From contig JAAZXI010000001.1 of assembly GCA_014240285.1 (NCBI GenBank), forward strand, positions 15,593-79,592: 64,000 nucleotides of DNA, in the 5' to 3' direction. The notes beneath the pieces are model-generated. The model was given only the letters and a program-made list of their open reading frames with translations, was not told where the DNA came from and did no database searches. Positions 38,004-47,615 of the stretch are shown here, in pieces; position 1 is the first letter of the stretch, and every line of letters begins with the position of its first letter. Both the position numbers and the translations under genes were made by a program. The DNA is from Methanobacteriota archaeon. GTDB lineage: Archaea > Thermoplasmatota > Poseidoniia > Poseidoniales > Thalassarchaeaceae.

Positions 38004-38420
38004 ATGGCGGAGCAGAACGCGCCGGAATGGAGGGCCCACGCAGCGGCGGGAGCGTTGCTACTGCTCGACACTTTGACTCTAGGCTACGCCCCTGCTGGTC
38101 CATGGGACACTCCGTCGTTCTCTCTCGGGGTGATAGGACTGACTGGCATAGTGTTGCTCTACGTGGCTTGGTACCGATTCACGTTCAAGCGGCGGGGGTT
38201 GATTCCATGGCTCGACCTGTGGCAGGATCCAGCAGGTTCCTCTCAGAAAGCCATCATCGCCGGAGTGGCGACCATAGCCCTCGCCTGGGTTCTCGGCAAC
38301 CCGTTGCAGGAGCAGATGCCTGATCCTTCGGGGTTGATTCTGACCCTAATCGGTCTGTTGATGCTGCTCAATGGAATCTACGTGAAACTCAGCATCGGCC
38401 CTCTGGCTGATTCCGAGTAG
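38004..38420 (+). CDS. small membrane protein (hypothetical)
   Basis: Three TM-like segments. Confidence 0.35.
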   Translation: MAEQNAPEWRAHAAAGALLLLDTLTLGYAPAGPWDTPSFSLGVIGLTGIVLLYVAWYRFTFKRRGLIPWLDLWQDPAGSSQKAIIAGVATIALAWVLGNPLQEQMPDPSGLILTLIGLLMLLNGIYVKLSIGPLADSE

Positions 38421-38963
38421 TCAGCGAGCTCCCGGTTTCCAGAACTGCAGGGGCAACGCGTCCTCTCCCTGCATGGCCCTGAACGCGAGGTGATCCGCCC
38501 GCTCGTTCCAGCGGTGCCCCCGGTGCGCGCGGACATGCTCCGCACAGAGCGAGTGTAGAGACGCGACCTCGGACCACAACGCCTGCACCGAACCAGCGAG
38601 CTCCTTGTTCGCCTTAGCCCGCCACTCTCCTGAGGCTATGTTCAGAGCGTATTGTGAGTCACCTCGTAGCACCACGTCGTGGCTATCGCCCTCGGACAGA
38701 AGCCAGCGCATCGCATGAGCTATTGCGGAGAGTTCGGCAGTGTTGTTGGATCCCACTTCGGCACCAAGAAAGCCATCTACAGACTCCTCTGTGACTACCG
38801 GTCCACTCCTCTCGAAGATGACATCACCACCGCCTTTGCCGATTCCACTGTCACCCGAGATGACGCAGAATCCCCAACCCGCCGGTGTCTTGCCGGTGAC
38901 GTTTCTGTTCTCTTCGCATGATCCATCCACATAGATGTACAGCGCTCTGCCAGCCATCGTCAT
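38421..38963 (-). CDS. rnhA: ribonuclease HI
   Basis: YVDGSC…NNTAELSAI…RAHRGHRWNERAD. Confidence 0.8.
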   Translation of the reverse strand: MTMAGRALYIYVDGSCEENRNVTGKTPAGWGFCVISGDSGIGKGGGDVIFERSGPVVTEESVDGFLGAEVGSNNTAELSAIAHAMRWLLSEGDSHDVVLRGDSQYALNIASGEWRAKANKELAGSVQALWSEVASLHSLCAEHVRAHRGHRWNERADHLAFRAMQGEDALPLQFWKPGAR

Positions 38964-39343
38964 TCTCCGATTAGGGCTGTGTACGCAGCAGCGTCCAACA
39001 ACCCCTCGATATCCGAGATATCAGTCGGTTGGAGCCTGAAGATCCAGCCATCTCCGTACGGATCATCGTTGATTATCTCCGGATTGTCCTCGAGAGCGGT
39101 GTTCGATTCGAGAACCTCACCCCCTATCGGGGAATTGACCTCGCTCACCGACTTAACCGACTCGACGCTGGCACAGGCTCCCATCGTCTGCACTGTGGTG
39201 CCGACTTCAGCTAAATCGACCCAGACGACTTCGGTAAGCGCGTTCTGTGCGAAGTCGGTGATTCCGACGACCAGCACGTCTCCTTCGATTCTCAACCACT
39301 CGTGGGACTCGGTGTAATGCAGATTAGAGGGTACTTCACTCAT
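38960..39343 (-). CDS. gcvH: glycine cleavage system H protein
   Basis: Lipoyl-Lys motif ESVKSVSEV. Confidence 0.85.
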   Translation of the reverse strand: MSEVPSNLHYTESHEWLRIEGDVLVVGITDFAQNALTEVVWVDLAEVGTTVQTMGACASVESVKSVSEVNSPIGGEVLESNTALEDNPEIINDDPYGDGWIFRLQPTDISDIEGLLDAAAYTALIGE

Positions 39344-39390
39344 GGCTCTCGACTATCCGTGATGTATTCGGAGAGTGAAGGTTTCGATTC

Positions 39391-39789
39391 TCACTCCTCT
39401 TCTCCCAGAGTGCGTTCGAGATGATCCTTCTCCATCTCGGCCCAAGCCGAACTCATGCTTGAGACGTCCGCTTCCTGCTGCTCCACCCTAAGTCGACTGA
39501 GCATTTCCTCTTCAGACTCGCGGCTGAACACCTGATCGAGCGGCGAGGAGCCATGTGGTTTTGAGCCAAGATAGCGAATGTAGGCGTAGAGCAGAGTCGA
39601 AAGGATTGCGAGCGAACCGAACAGCATAGCCCACGAATCCTCATTTGGGCCTGGGTCCGAAAGCAGCGCTATCCTGCCTTCGGCGAATGCTAGGGCAGTC
39701 AGCAGATAGAGGGGAACGGCGAAGCCGATTAGCACCCTCTCAACGCGACCCGCAGCCGAATCCATCGAGCACCGAGCCCGGCTCCCCAT
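39391..39789 (-). CDS. small membrane protein (hypothetical)
   Basis: Two TM segments with an acidic tail. Confidence 0.35.
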   Translation of the reverse strand: MGSRARCSMDSAAGRVERVLIGFAVPLYLLTALAFAEGRIALLSDPGPNEDSWAMLFGSLAILSTLLYAYIRYLGSKPHGSSPLDQVFSRESEEEMLSRLRVEQQEADVSSMSSAWAEMEKDHLERTLGEEE

Positions 39790-39815
39790 GCATCAACTTG
39801 ACTTCATCGTCCAAT

Positions 39816-40394
39816 TCACGGTGACTGTCGGATAAGCTTGAGAATCTTGTACGGAAGCAGCGCCCGATTAACAGGAGTCACCTCGAGAATCCTACCGTCG
39901 TCACGCCTTCTGATGTCCTGCAGTAGTGGGTGACGGCTCTTCTTGTGCAGCGTCAATAGCGTCGGCATATCGTATTCGAGAGCCGCTCTGACCACGCCTA
40001 CGAAACCCTCGCTCTCGACCGAGAACTTCCCGACCTCGTCGACGACGAGTATCTCGCAGTTACCCACGGCGTTCTGGATAGCCGGCACACCGACCCTGTC
40101 AATCTCGCTAGGGTCTATGCCGTATCCTAGGATTCGATTCCGCGAATCTATCTCTCGATGTGCCATGACCCCGCGCTCCCCTGTTTCGATATCTATGCAT
40201 GCGAATCCGACCCTCTCACCATCCTCGATGATTGCCTCGGTTCTCATTCCTCCTATCACTCTCGGGGCAGAGGAGACAGAACCACGGGCCTCCGCTTTGT
40301 ACTCGTCAATGACCATACTGACGACCTTGTCTAGGACTGCGGACTTCCCAGATCGGGGCAGACCCGTGATTCCTATTTTCGGATATATACCCAT
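39816..40394 (-). CDS. THEP1-type nucleoside triphosphatase
   Basis: P-loop GITGLPRSGKS, and the DEVGKFS…LTLH pattern of the THEP1/MJ1559 family. Confidence 0.7.
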   Translation of the reverse strand: MGIYPKIGITGLPRSGKSAVLDKVVSMVIDEYKAEARGSVSSAPRVIGGMRTEAIIEDGERVGFACIDIETGERGVMAHREIDSRNRILGYGIDPSEIDRVGVPAIQNAVGNCEILVVDEVGKFSVESEGFVGVVRAALEYDMPTLLTLHKKSRHPLLQDIRRRDDGRILEVTPVNRALLPYKILKLIRQSP

Positions 40395-40537
40395 TTCTTG
40401 TTCCTCGTATACCACCGCATAAGCGATGGAACGCTCCTCGTACGGCACCCTCGGATAATAGTCTGTTTGGTGCTAAGGCATGATTGATGTCGGAATACGG
40501 AAAATTAATTCCGACAATTTGACTTCTGACTTCCGCT

Positions 40538-42535
40538 TTACTGCCTCAAAGCGTAATTTAGGGCACCTTCGGTGGATGGCGGAGGCAACGGCAAACTCTC
40601 AATCTCGTAGTTGTTCACATTGTTGTTAGCTGCCCACGCCCTTGACCACAGATTGAGGGCCTCAGAGTTAAGTTGGGCGGCCACAAAGAGAAGACCCTCA
40701 TCGACACTGCCGTGTTCCTCGGCGAGACTGTCGAGGACAGCCTCGGGAAGTTGCAGGAAGTTCACCGAGTTGCCCAGCACGCAGTCCGGTGCGACGACCG
40801 CCCAACGAAGACGACGCTCTTTCTGGGCATTGACGATGGCCTGACAGGCCACTCTGGAGATGCCGCGTGGCTCGATCGGACCCTTCCACAGAGCCTGAGA
40901 GCGCTCGATGGACTCCTCGTCGATTTCGACGTCGTAGGCCGGGTGACTGATTCTGACTTCTCGGTCTTCAAGGCAAAAATGAGCTCCTCTGATGAATGGG
41001 ACGCCTTGCGAATCAGTACACCAGTCACTGATACCAGCCGACCAGTTGGTCTGATCGATCTCACCGACCCTGACGCGAATCGGCTCATCGGTCGGGTTGA
41101 GCCAGTTACCTTCCTCGCCCAAACGAGGCTGGTCGGCGAGATCACCTATCGCCTTGAGCACGGCGTTCCTAGTGTAGCGGTCGCGGGGCATCCTAGGGAC
41201 GGCCCAAGTCATATCGGTCCAAACAGACCACGGGCCGCGCTCCATCTCAAGGAAAGGGGTCTTGCTGTCCAAGCCTGTGCTAGCCGAGAGATCATGGATT
41301 TCGAGTGGGCCGAAACTGGTCATCACCTCGGTGCTGCCACCAATGGTCAGCCCGACGACTAAGACTCCTTGGGAGGCGCCTGGGAATACTCTCTGAGGCT
41401 CGGGGAACGACCACGATGACACCCATTGGTTACCCTCCACCATCAACTTGCGTAGAGCCACGCTGCTCTTCTCGCGAAGCAGGGCGTCAGGAATAATCAT
41501 GCGAATCCTGCCACCCGCTCGAACCAATTTCATGGAACGCTCTAGGAACAGCCTGTATAGATTCACGTTGCCACGCAGAGCTGCGAACCTAGGGCTACCG
41601 TCGGACTCGGTCGTACTACGCAGCGACTGTGATAGTTGCTTACGTAACTCGCTGCCGTCAGGATAACCTCGAAAACGGTCCTTGATGCGCAGCCACGGCG
41701 GCCGGCTGACTAGCAGCCTTGGAGACTCAGTCCACGGCCAGTCGCCGCGCAGGGAGTCAGCGCAACAGATGCTCTCCTCCAGAATCAACTCAGCCTCGCT
41801 CCGGCCGATTCTGGCCTCGTCTCCTTCACCGAGAAGATTGACTAGACCAACTTTTGCTAGAGTCAGAAGCACCCTCCTCCTAGTACAGGCCACGGCGATT
41901 TCGGAGGAGTCAACCATCTGCATGCCACGCAGCAGCCGCAGGGTGTCTGCCCGAATTTCGTTCGGCGAGAAACCCTCGCTCCGGAGAATATGGATTTTGA
42001 TGGCCCGACAGGGCACCACGCCACCACCCACAGCAGGATCCGCGAAAGGCAGGGGGATCCCCGAACGGGTTCGCTCCCCTGCTTCGACCGCCTCGTCACC
42101 GGGCTCCTCGCAGCCGCCCCTCGCAGCCTCGTTAAGGCGCTCTGCGTATTCCCTGAAGCCAGGTGGCATCGCTGCCAGTGAAAGGGTGGCCGGGGGCCTC
42201 TTGTTGGCCTTGTTACGTGTACTCTTCAACTCATCCGCCAAGACAGCTTGAACTAGCTTGCTGGGAGTGGAGTAGGCACCTCTGGGAGACCTTCCGTCGT
42301 TGTCCGCCTCATAGCGTGAGAGCAGGTGCTCGACAACTGCTCCGGGCTCTGAGAGTAGTCCGGCAGGCAGTGTGGGCCAGTGGTTTGGCATGGTGGCTGC
42401 GACTGGAGTTCCATGGGTGACTGCCTCCTCCCACGAATCCAGCCAACCTGAGATCTGCTCGACCCGGTCCGGGCACACGTGGTCGAGGCGTGCGTACCAT
42501 CCCGATGCATCGCTCGCCATGGTACTACAAGCCAC
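40538..42535 (-). CDS. TaqI/Eco57I-like gamma-class N6-adenine DNA methyltransferase with TaqI_C-like C-terminal domain
   Basis: Motif X GAYSTPSKLV, motif I DPAVGGGVV, an atypical motif IV LLVSRPPW, and a C-terminal LNSEALNLW…ESLPLPPP (TaqI_C-like). Confidence 0.55.
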   Translation of the reverse strand: MACSTMASDASGWYARLDHVCPDRVEQISGWLDSWEEAVTHGTPVAATMPNHWPTLPAGLLSEPGAVVEHLLSRYEADNDGRSPRGAYSTPSKLVQAVLADELKSTRNKANKRPPATLSLAAMPPGFREYAERLNEAARGGCEEPGDEAVEAGERTRSGIPLPFADPAVGGGVVPCRAIKIHILRSEGFSPNEIRADTLRLLRGMQMVDSSEIAVACTRRRVLLTLAKVGLVNLLGEGDEARIGRSEAELILEESICCADSLRGDWPWTESPRLLVSRPPWLRIKDRFRGYPDGSELRKQLSQSLRSTTESDGSPRFAALRGNVNLYRLFLERSMKLVRAGGRIRMIIPDALLREKSSVALRKLMVEGNQWVSSWSFPEPQRVFPGASQGVLVVGLTIGGSTEVMTSFGPLEIHDLSASTGLDSKTPFLEMERGPWSVWTDMTWAVPRMPRDRYTRNAVLKAIGDLADQPRLGEEGNWLNPTDEPIRVRVGEIDQTNWSAGISDWCTDSQGVPFIRGAHFCLEDREVRISHPAYDVEIDEESIERSQALWKGPIEPRGISRVACQAIVNAQKERRLRWAVVAPDCVLGNSVNFLQLPEAVLDSLAEEHGSVDEGLLFVAAQLNSEALNLWSRAWAANNNVNNYEIESLPLPPPSTEGALNYALRQ

Positions 42536-42593
42536 GCGACCGGACGCCCTTCTTTGAAGGGCACGGTCGCTTGTTAAACGGTCTCAACAGTAA

Positions 42594-43202
42594 TCACAAG
42601 CCAAGTCCGAAACAGTCCTGCTCCAACTCGGTTATGACTCTCTTCTGCAGCAACCAGGCGACTGCTTCGTCTACCTCATCAGTGCGGATACCAACCACAT
42701 CCAGTTTGTCCACAAAGAGGTCGAAGTGAACCTGGTCGTCACCGCTTTCCAAAGCCTCCTCGATGATGCTCAGTACGTGCTCGGCCACGATGGCTAGTAG
42801 GGGGTCGTCCCCAGCGTCCAGCGAGCCGTAATCGACCGCGGCCACGCCCTCATCGACCTCATCATCCGAGATCTTCTCGGAGACGTTCTTCTCGTACACG
42901 TCGAAGAGATTCCTCTGGTGTGGATCGGTCCAAGTGGTCCTCTCGACGACCTCCCTCTGGCGGCGCAGACGCTTCACCAGAGTCTCGATGCGATGCAGCC
43001 GCTGCTCTAGGCGCAGGCGTTCGCGGCCCAGATGACCCTCGACGAGCTCGAGTTCGTCGGTGGCGCACTCGTCCAGCCATTCAGACAGATTCCAAGACGG
43101 GTCCAGCCTAAGCATGGTCTCCCACAACCTCGCAACCGAGTCAGGCAGTGACCTGACATCTATTCGTGAGCTTCCACTTCCATCGTCTGCCGAACGGTCC
43201 AT
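42594..43202 (-). CDS. acidic hypothetical protein, co-oriented upstream of the methyltransferase
   Basis: ORF only. I recognised no domain. Confidence 0.4.
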   Translation of the reverse strand: MDRSADDGSGSSRIDVRSLPDSVARLWETMLRLDPSWNLSEWLDECATDELELVEGHLGRERLRLEQRLHRIETLVKRLRRQREVVERTTWTDPHQRNLFDVYEKNVSEKISDDEVDEGVAAVDYGSLDAGDDPLLAIVAEHVLSIIEEALESGDDQVHFDLFVDKLDVVGIRTDEVDEAVAWLLQKRVITELEQDCFGLGL

Positions 43203-43300
43203 GCTTCGTCTGTTCGCATTGACCGTCTATCAAGTATCGCTTCAGCCAGAGGTGGCTGTGAGGGGGTTGGGTTGATGAATGAAAAGCAAGTGCCCCAGCC

Positions 43301-44491
43301 ATGAGCGGGTATCGTTTGACAGTCCTTCCCGGCGACGGCACGGGGCGCGAGGTCACAGCGGCCGCCAGACGCATTATCGAGGTGTTCGAGAAGCACAGCC
43401 CGCTGTCTTTCGATATCACTGAGATTCCTTGTGGCGGACAGCACTTCCTAGAGACTGGGGAGGAGTGGCCCGAAGGGTCGTTTGAGCACTGCCGCGACAA
43501 CACCGACGCGATCCTCCTCGGAGCCATTGGATGGCCCGGGGCAACGATGCCTAACGGCGACATAGCCGGAGGACAGGTCATACTCGGGCTGCGCTCAGGC
43601 CTAGGTCTCTACGCTAACATTAGACCGGTCAAACTCTACCATGGAGTCCAGCACAAGGTGCACGGAGAACACACTGACATCTGGGACCCAGATCTGGTCG
43701 ACATGGTACTGATCAGGGAGAACACCGAGGGGCTGTACCACAGTCTCTTGCGGCGTTCAGCCCAAGCCGCCGTCGGAGCCAAGGACGAACCTATCGTCAT
43801 CGATGAGTTCCCCGGTCTTGAGGGCGAGGTGTCATGGGACCCGCGCCCGATATCTCGCAATGGCAGCGAGCGCGTCATCAGGTTCGCCTTCGAACTGGCC
43901 AAGCGCAGAGAGAGTCAGTTGCAGGCGCCTCAGCGAGTCACCTGCGTGGACAAGAGCAACGTCCTGCGCGGCTGCAGGCTATTCAGGAAGGTATTCGACG
44001 AAATCGCTGAGGAGTACGAGAGCGTCGAGACGACGAAGGCCTTCATCGACGCATTCACGATGTGGTTGGTCCGGGATCCGGAGGACTTGGACGTAGTCGT
44101 CTTACCGAATATGTTCGGGGATATCGCCACTGATATGACCTCCGTGCTGCAAGGCGGCATGGGTATGGCGGCAAGCGCCAACATAGGTGATGAGCACATG
44201 CTGTTCGAACCGGTCCACGGCTCCTCGCCAAAGTACGCCGGGCAGGACAAAGTCAACCCGATAGCAGCGATATCATCAGTACAACTGATGTTCGACAACC
44301 TCGGCGCGCGCCACGACGACCCTGACGCTCTGATGTGCGCCGACATTCTAGACACTGCAATCTCCTCCCATCTCTCCAACGGCGGTACAGTTACCTACGA
44401 CCTCGGAGGGACAGCCAGTACCAGTGAGGTCGGCCAAGCCATCGCCGAGCGCTGCAGAAAACTGCTGCAGGAGCAATACTCATCCGCCTGA
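43301..44491 (+). CDS. isocitrate/isopropylmalate dehydrogenase family (tartrate dehydrogenase-like)
   Basis: NMFGDIATDMTSVLQGGMGMAASAN. Confidence 0.75.
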   Translation: MSGYRLTVLPGDGTGREVTAAARRIIEVFEKHSPLSFDITEIPCGGQHFLETGEEWPEGSFEHCRDNTDAILLGAIGWPGATMPNGDIAGGQVILGLRSGLGLYANIRPVKLYHGVQHKVHGEHTDIWDPDLVDMVLIRENTEGLYHSLLRRSAQAAVGAKDEPIVIDEFPGLEGEVSWDPRPISRNGSERVIRFAFELAKRRESQLQAPQRVTCVDKSNVLRGCRLFRKVFDEIAEEYESVETTKAFIDAFTMWLVRDPEDLDVVVLPNMFGDIATDMTSVLQGGMGMAASANIGDEHMLFEPVHGSSPKYAGQDKVNPIAAISSVQLMFDNLGARHDDPDALMCADILDTAISSHLSNGGTVTYDLGGTASTSEVGQAIAERCRKLLQEQYSSA

Positions 44492-45277
44492 TTATGCATC
44501 AACAGATGCATCCGAGATGACACTGAGAGCGGCATTCAGAGCTGCCGTGTTGTTCCATTGACTCGACTCGCAGCCTCCCGAGACGACTTCACCGAGAAGT
44601 TCTGAGGAGGCCCTAGAGACCTCGTCCACGATGGTCACCGTTGCCGTCATTGAGGTGCGAGAGAGTGGATTGAGGTCGACTACGAGCACTTGTTTGCCAG
44701 CGGCAACCAGAGCCTCGCACCTGTCCCCGTCCTCGAGTGGGACTAGGACGACGTCGGCCTGTCCGATACCTTCCCAGCAGCATTTGGCTCGAGGTCCCCC
44801 GAGACCGGATATACTGTGATCGGCCGCGTCTCCCAGTAGGACGACCGAGCCGACTGTTTCCTGCCAATCCCCCTCCCAGCCACCAGGAGCTGCTTCGGCA
44901 GCTACCGCGTCGCGTTGCTCCGACAGCCTGGCGAGCAGACCCGATACCCTCTCGGGCGTCCGATAGTACAGATTTACCTCAATCGGGCACCCCACAACTG
45001 CAGCGACTCGAATCAGCTCCTCTCCTGCCAGTACAACGGTATTCCCATTCACTGATATGACCGGACGCTCAGCAGCCAACAGTCTGGCTGCGACCTCTCG
45101 AATGGCTTCCATAGCCGAATCCGAGGTCGTCTCTCCGAGCAGGTAGTCGAAGGCCTCGCCCCTACCATGCGCTATCATCGCAGAGTCTGCTAGCAGGCCC
45201 TCGGCAGCAGCTTCAACAAGGCTCTGCCGAGCCAACAGAGAAGCCCTCCTCGGGTGGCTGTCAGGAACCTCACCCAT
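44492..45277 (-). CDS. archaeal 4-phosphopantoate--beta-alanine ligase-like (COG1701)
   Basis: HGRGEAFDYL-type N-terminal motif. Assignment is tentative. Confidence 0.45.
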   Translation of the reverse strand: MGEVPDSHPRRASLLARQSLVEAAAEGLLADSAMIAHGRGEAFDYLLGETTSDSAMEAIREVAARLLAAERPVISVNGNTVVLAGEELIRVAAVVGCPIEVNLYYRTPERVSGLLARLSEQRDAVAAEAAPGGWEGDWQETVGSVVLLGDAADHSISGLGGPRAKCCWEGIGQADVVLVPLEDGDRCEALVAAGKQVLVVDLNPLSRTSMTATVTIVDEVSRASSELLGEVVSGGCESSQWNNTAALNAALSVISDASVDA

Positions 45278-46281
45278 TACTCGCCACCCCCTATCAGCAT
45301 CGACATGTCGAGTGGGACAACGCCTCTGTTGAGGGCGCTTGATGAGACCAAATCAACCCCGCTTTCGGACCAGTCTCCCAAGGACTCGAACTCTACCCCT
45401 CCAGAACCCTCCAGAATGCATCGCCGGCGCAGACCTACCTCGGAAAGGGCGCGCTGAGTCCCGCCGGCTCCTGCCGCACCCATGTTGTCAAGCAGAAGCA
45501 CAAGCTTCTCGTCACCACCGCGAGCATTCTGCATGGAGTCCCAGGCAGCTGCTGCTGCGACTGATTGCTCTACACTCTGCACCTCGATGACGGTGAAACC
45601 TGCATGCTCATTCATGTCAATCGACAAGACCACGCGCAGGATGGCATCGAGACCATCCTCACCATCCTTGGCCATCGCAGAGAAGTCATTCTCCTTGAGC
45701 ATCAATGCATCGCTACGATCGAGTCTGTGAGTCAGCCCACCGCCGCTGTGAATCGCCCACTTGTCCAGAAGACCCCACTCGGTTTTACGGGTCGCTGCGA
45801 CCCTGATTGGTCGCGCAGCAGAAGCCCAATTGGCGGTGTTCGTGGCTATTCCAGACAACCTGCCTAGCAGATTTAGAAGAATTCTCTCTAGTCTCAGTAC
45901 ATCATCCGCCGGCCCGTGCAGCGTTGCCACTGAATCGCCCTCCGAAATCGCACCTCCCTCGTTGCAATCCCACTGGGCCGAGCACTCCGGAAAGTGCCTT
46001 TCCAGCAGTCTTTCGGCGATCGGCCTTCCACACAGGAGCCCCGGAACCTTCGCAGTGATGCTCGCCTCGACGAGCCCGCTGGGACCAACTCCCCCGCCGT
46101 GCTCGTCGGCCACCATTGCATCGACCCACCTGTCTATGGAATCGAGGAAAAGAGCGGTGGGCTCATCGCCCGACCAAAGCAGTTCGGAGCGGTCGTGAGG
46201 CAGTCTGGCCACGCCATGACGTGTGGTAGCCCTGCCTTGAATGGTCCGAAACGACATTTGACCATCCTCGCTGTGATTCAA
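45277..46281 (-). CDS. nadC: nicotinate-nucleotide pyrophosphorylase (quinolinate PRTase)
   Basis: LLGRLSGIAT…ATRKT…LLLDNM. Confidence 0.8.
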   Translation of the reverse strand: MNHSEDGQMSFRTIQGRATTRHGVARLPHDRSELLWSGDEPTALFLDSIDRWVDAMVADEHGGGVGPSGLVEASITAKVPGLLCGRPIAERLLERHFPECSAQWDCNEGGAISEGDSVATLHGPADDVLRLERILLNLLGRLSGIATNTANWASAARPIRVAATRKTEWGLLDKWAIHSGGGLTHRLDRSDALMLKENDFSAMAKDGEDGLDAILRVVLSIDMNEHAGFTVIEVQSVEQSVAAAAAWDSMQNARGGDEKLVLLLDNMGAAGAGGTQRALSEVGLRRRCILEGSGGVEFESLGDWSESGVDLVSSSALNRGVVPLDMSMLIGGGE

Positions 46282-46283
46282 GG

Positions 46284-47312
46284 ATGCGCAGCATCGTCAT
46301 CGGCGGAGGAGTCGCTGGTCTTGCGGCCGCCGTGCAACTCGCTGTCGACGGTTCCACCGTCCTTTTGGTCGAGTCGAAGGACATCCTTGGCGGTCGCGTC
46401 AGGATGCGCGACTCTAGTAGTTGGCTGCTCGATCCAGGACTGCATCTGCTGCGGCGCAAGGGGCCGCTGAACCAGTTGCTCAGGAAGCTGCGAGCTCCGA
46501 GGGTGCTGGGGCCGAGGTGGAATAACGGGGAGATGCTGGCGATTGACACCGATGCGAGTCAAGAACTGACCGCCCTAGCGACGATGTCGATAGGTGCTGA
46601 GGGAGTGAAGAGACCCGAATTCGTTGTACCAAGAGGTGGCTGGTCAAGTCTGGTGGGCCGTCTGATTGTGGCTGCCAACCAGTTGGATGTGATGTTCGAT
46701 GTCGGCAGTCATGTTGAGGCACTCGCTCTCGGGCCTGACGGCAGGCTAGCATCGGTACGAGTCGCGGGTAACGACATCGAGTGCGATGAGCTGGTCCTTG
46801 CAGCACCACCTTCCGAGAGCGCCCGTCTGCTGGAGAGCGCTGGCCTTGATGCGTCTGAGTTGAGGCGGTGCACCGCGCAAAGGGCCGCGGCACTGGACAT
46901 CGCATTGGAAGGTAGGCCGATGAGACCCTACACAGGTCTTTTCGATGCGAACAGAGGCATCATCGCAATCGATGCCACTGCTGAAGACAGGATTCCTGAA
47001 GGGGCTGATCCTAGCGATTGCACCATCCTGCACGCAGTCAATCTAGCAGGTGACGGCCCGGAGGCTCTACAGGGCATCAAAGAGTTCCTCGACTCACGCT
47101 GCTCCGGTTGGAGGGACATGGCCGCAGCACGTCGTTCTACGAACTCAATCATGCTCCACCCATGCTCACGCAGCGAGCGGGTTGACGGCTCGACATTCAT
47201 CGACTCCGGAATCACCATGGCTGGCTGCCACGTCATCTCCGAGTATCACCTGAGTGACGCTGCAGTGGACACCGGTAGGAGCGCGGCGAAGTCACTCAAG
47301 CTCCATCGTTGA
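46284..47312 (+). CDS. FAD/NAD(P)-binding oxidoreductase
   Basis: IVIGGGVAGLAAA Rossmann motif. Confidence 0.55.
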   Translation: MRSIVIGGGVAGLAAAVQLAVDGSTVLLVESKDILGGRVRMRDSSSWLLDPGLHLLRRKGPLNQLLRKLRAPRVLGPRWNNGEMLAIDTDASQELTALATMSIGAEGVKRPEFVVPRGGWSSLVGRLIVAANQLDVMFDVGSHVEALALGPDGRLASVRVAGNDIECDELVLAAPPSESARLLESAGLDASELRRCTAQRAAALDIALEGRPMRPYTGLFDANRGIIAIDATAEDRIPEGADPSDCTILHAVNLAGDGPEALQGIKEFLDSRCSGWRDMAAARRSTNSIMLHPCSRSERVDGSTFIDSGITMAGCHVISEYHLSDAAVDTGRSAAKSLKLHR

Positions 47313-47541
47313 TATCGAGGCTGGACTCGGCGGCCGCTAGACACGCCAGCAAATCGTCTACCGTGGATCGCACTGTCTTGAGATGCTCTCCGACCACGCG
47401 AATGCGCAACTCCGCAGCCCCATCGACCTCGACAATCTCCGCTTCGAAGGAATCCGGGTCGTCAGGGGAGACGGCAGCCAGCAGGGCCCGGGCCTTCTCA
47501 GGAGATCCACTCCATACGATCTCGGTCTCTGCTCTGCCCAT
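47296..47541 (-). CDS. KEOPS subunit Pcc1-like
   Basis: About 81 aa from the internal ATG at 47541. The pattern KARALLAAVSPDD…LRIRVVGEHLKTVRSTVDDLL is Pcc1-like. Confidence 0.4.
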   Translation of the reverse strand: MGRAETEIVWSGSPEKARALLAAVSPDDPDSFEAEIVEVDGAAELRIRVVGEHLKTVRSTVDDLLACLAAAESSLDINDGA

Positions 47542-47615
47542 GATGCCGCGAGCAGCATCCCGGTTTTCGCTACTGCGGTCGCCGCCTTCATGAAGGAACG
47601 CCTTCTCGCCGCCCC

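Noticed and set aside
41682-42251. 189-aa plus-strand ORF inside the methyltransferase gene
   Set aside because: Shadow ORF with a Ser/Arg/Pro-rich translation.
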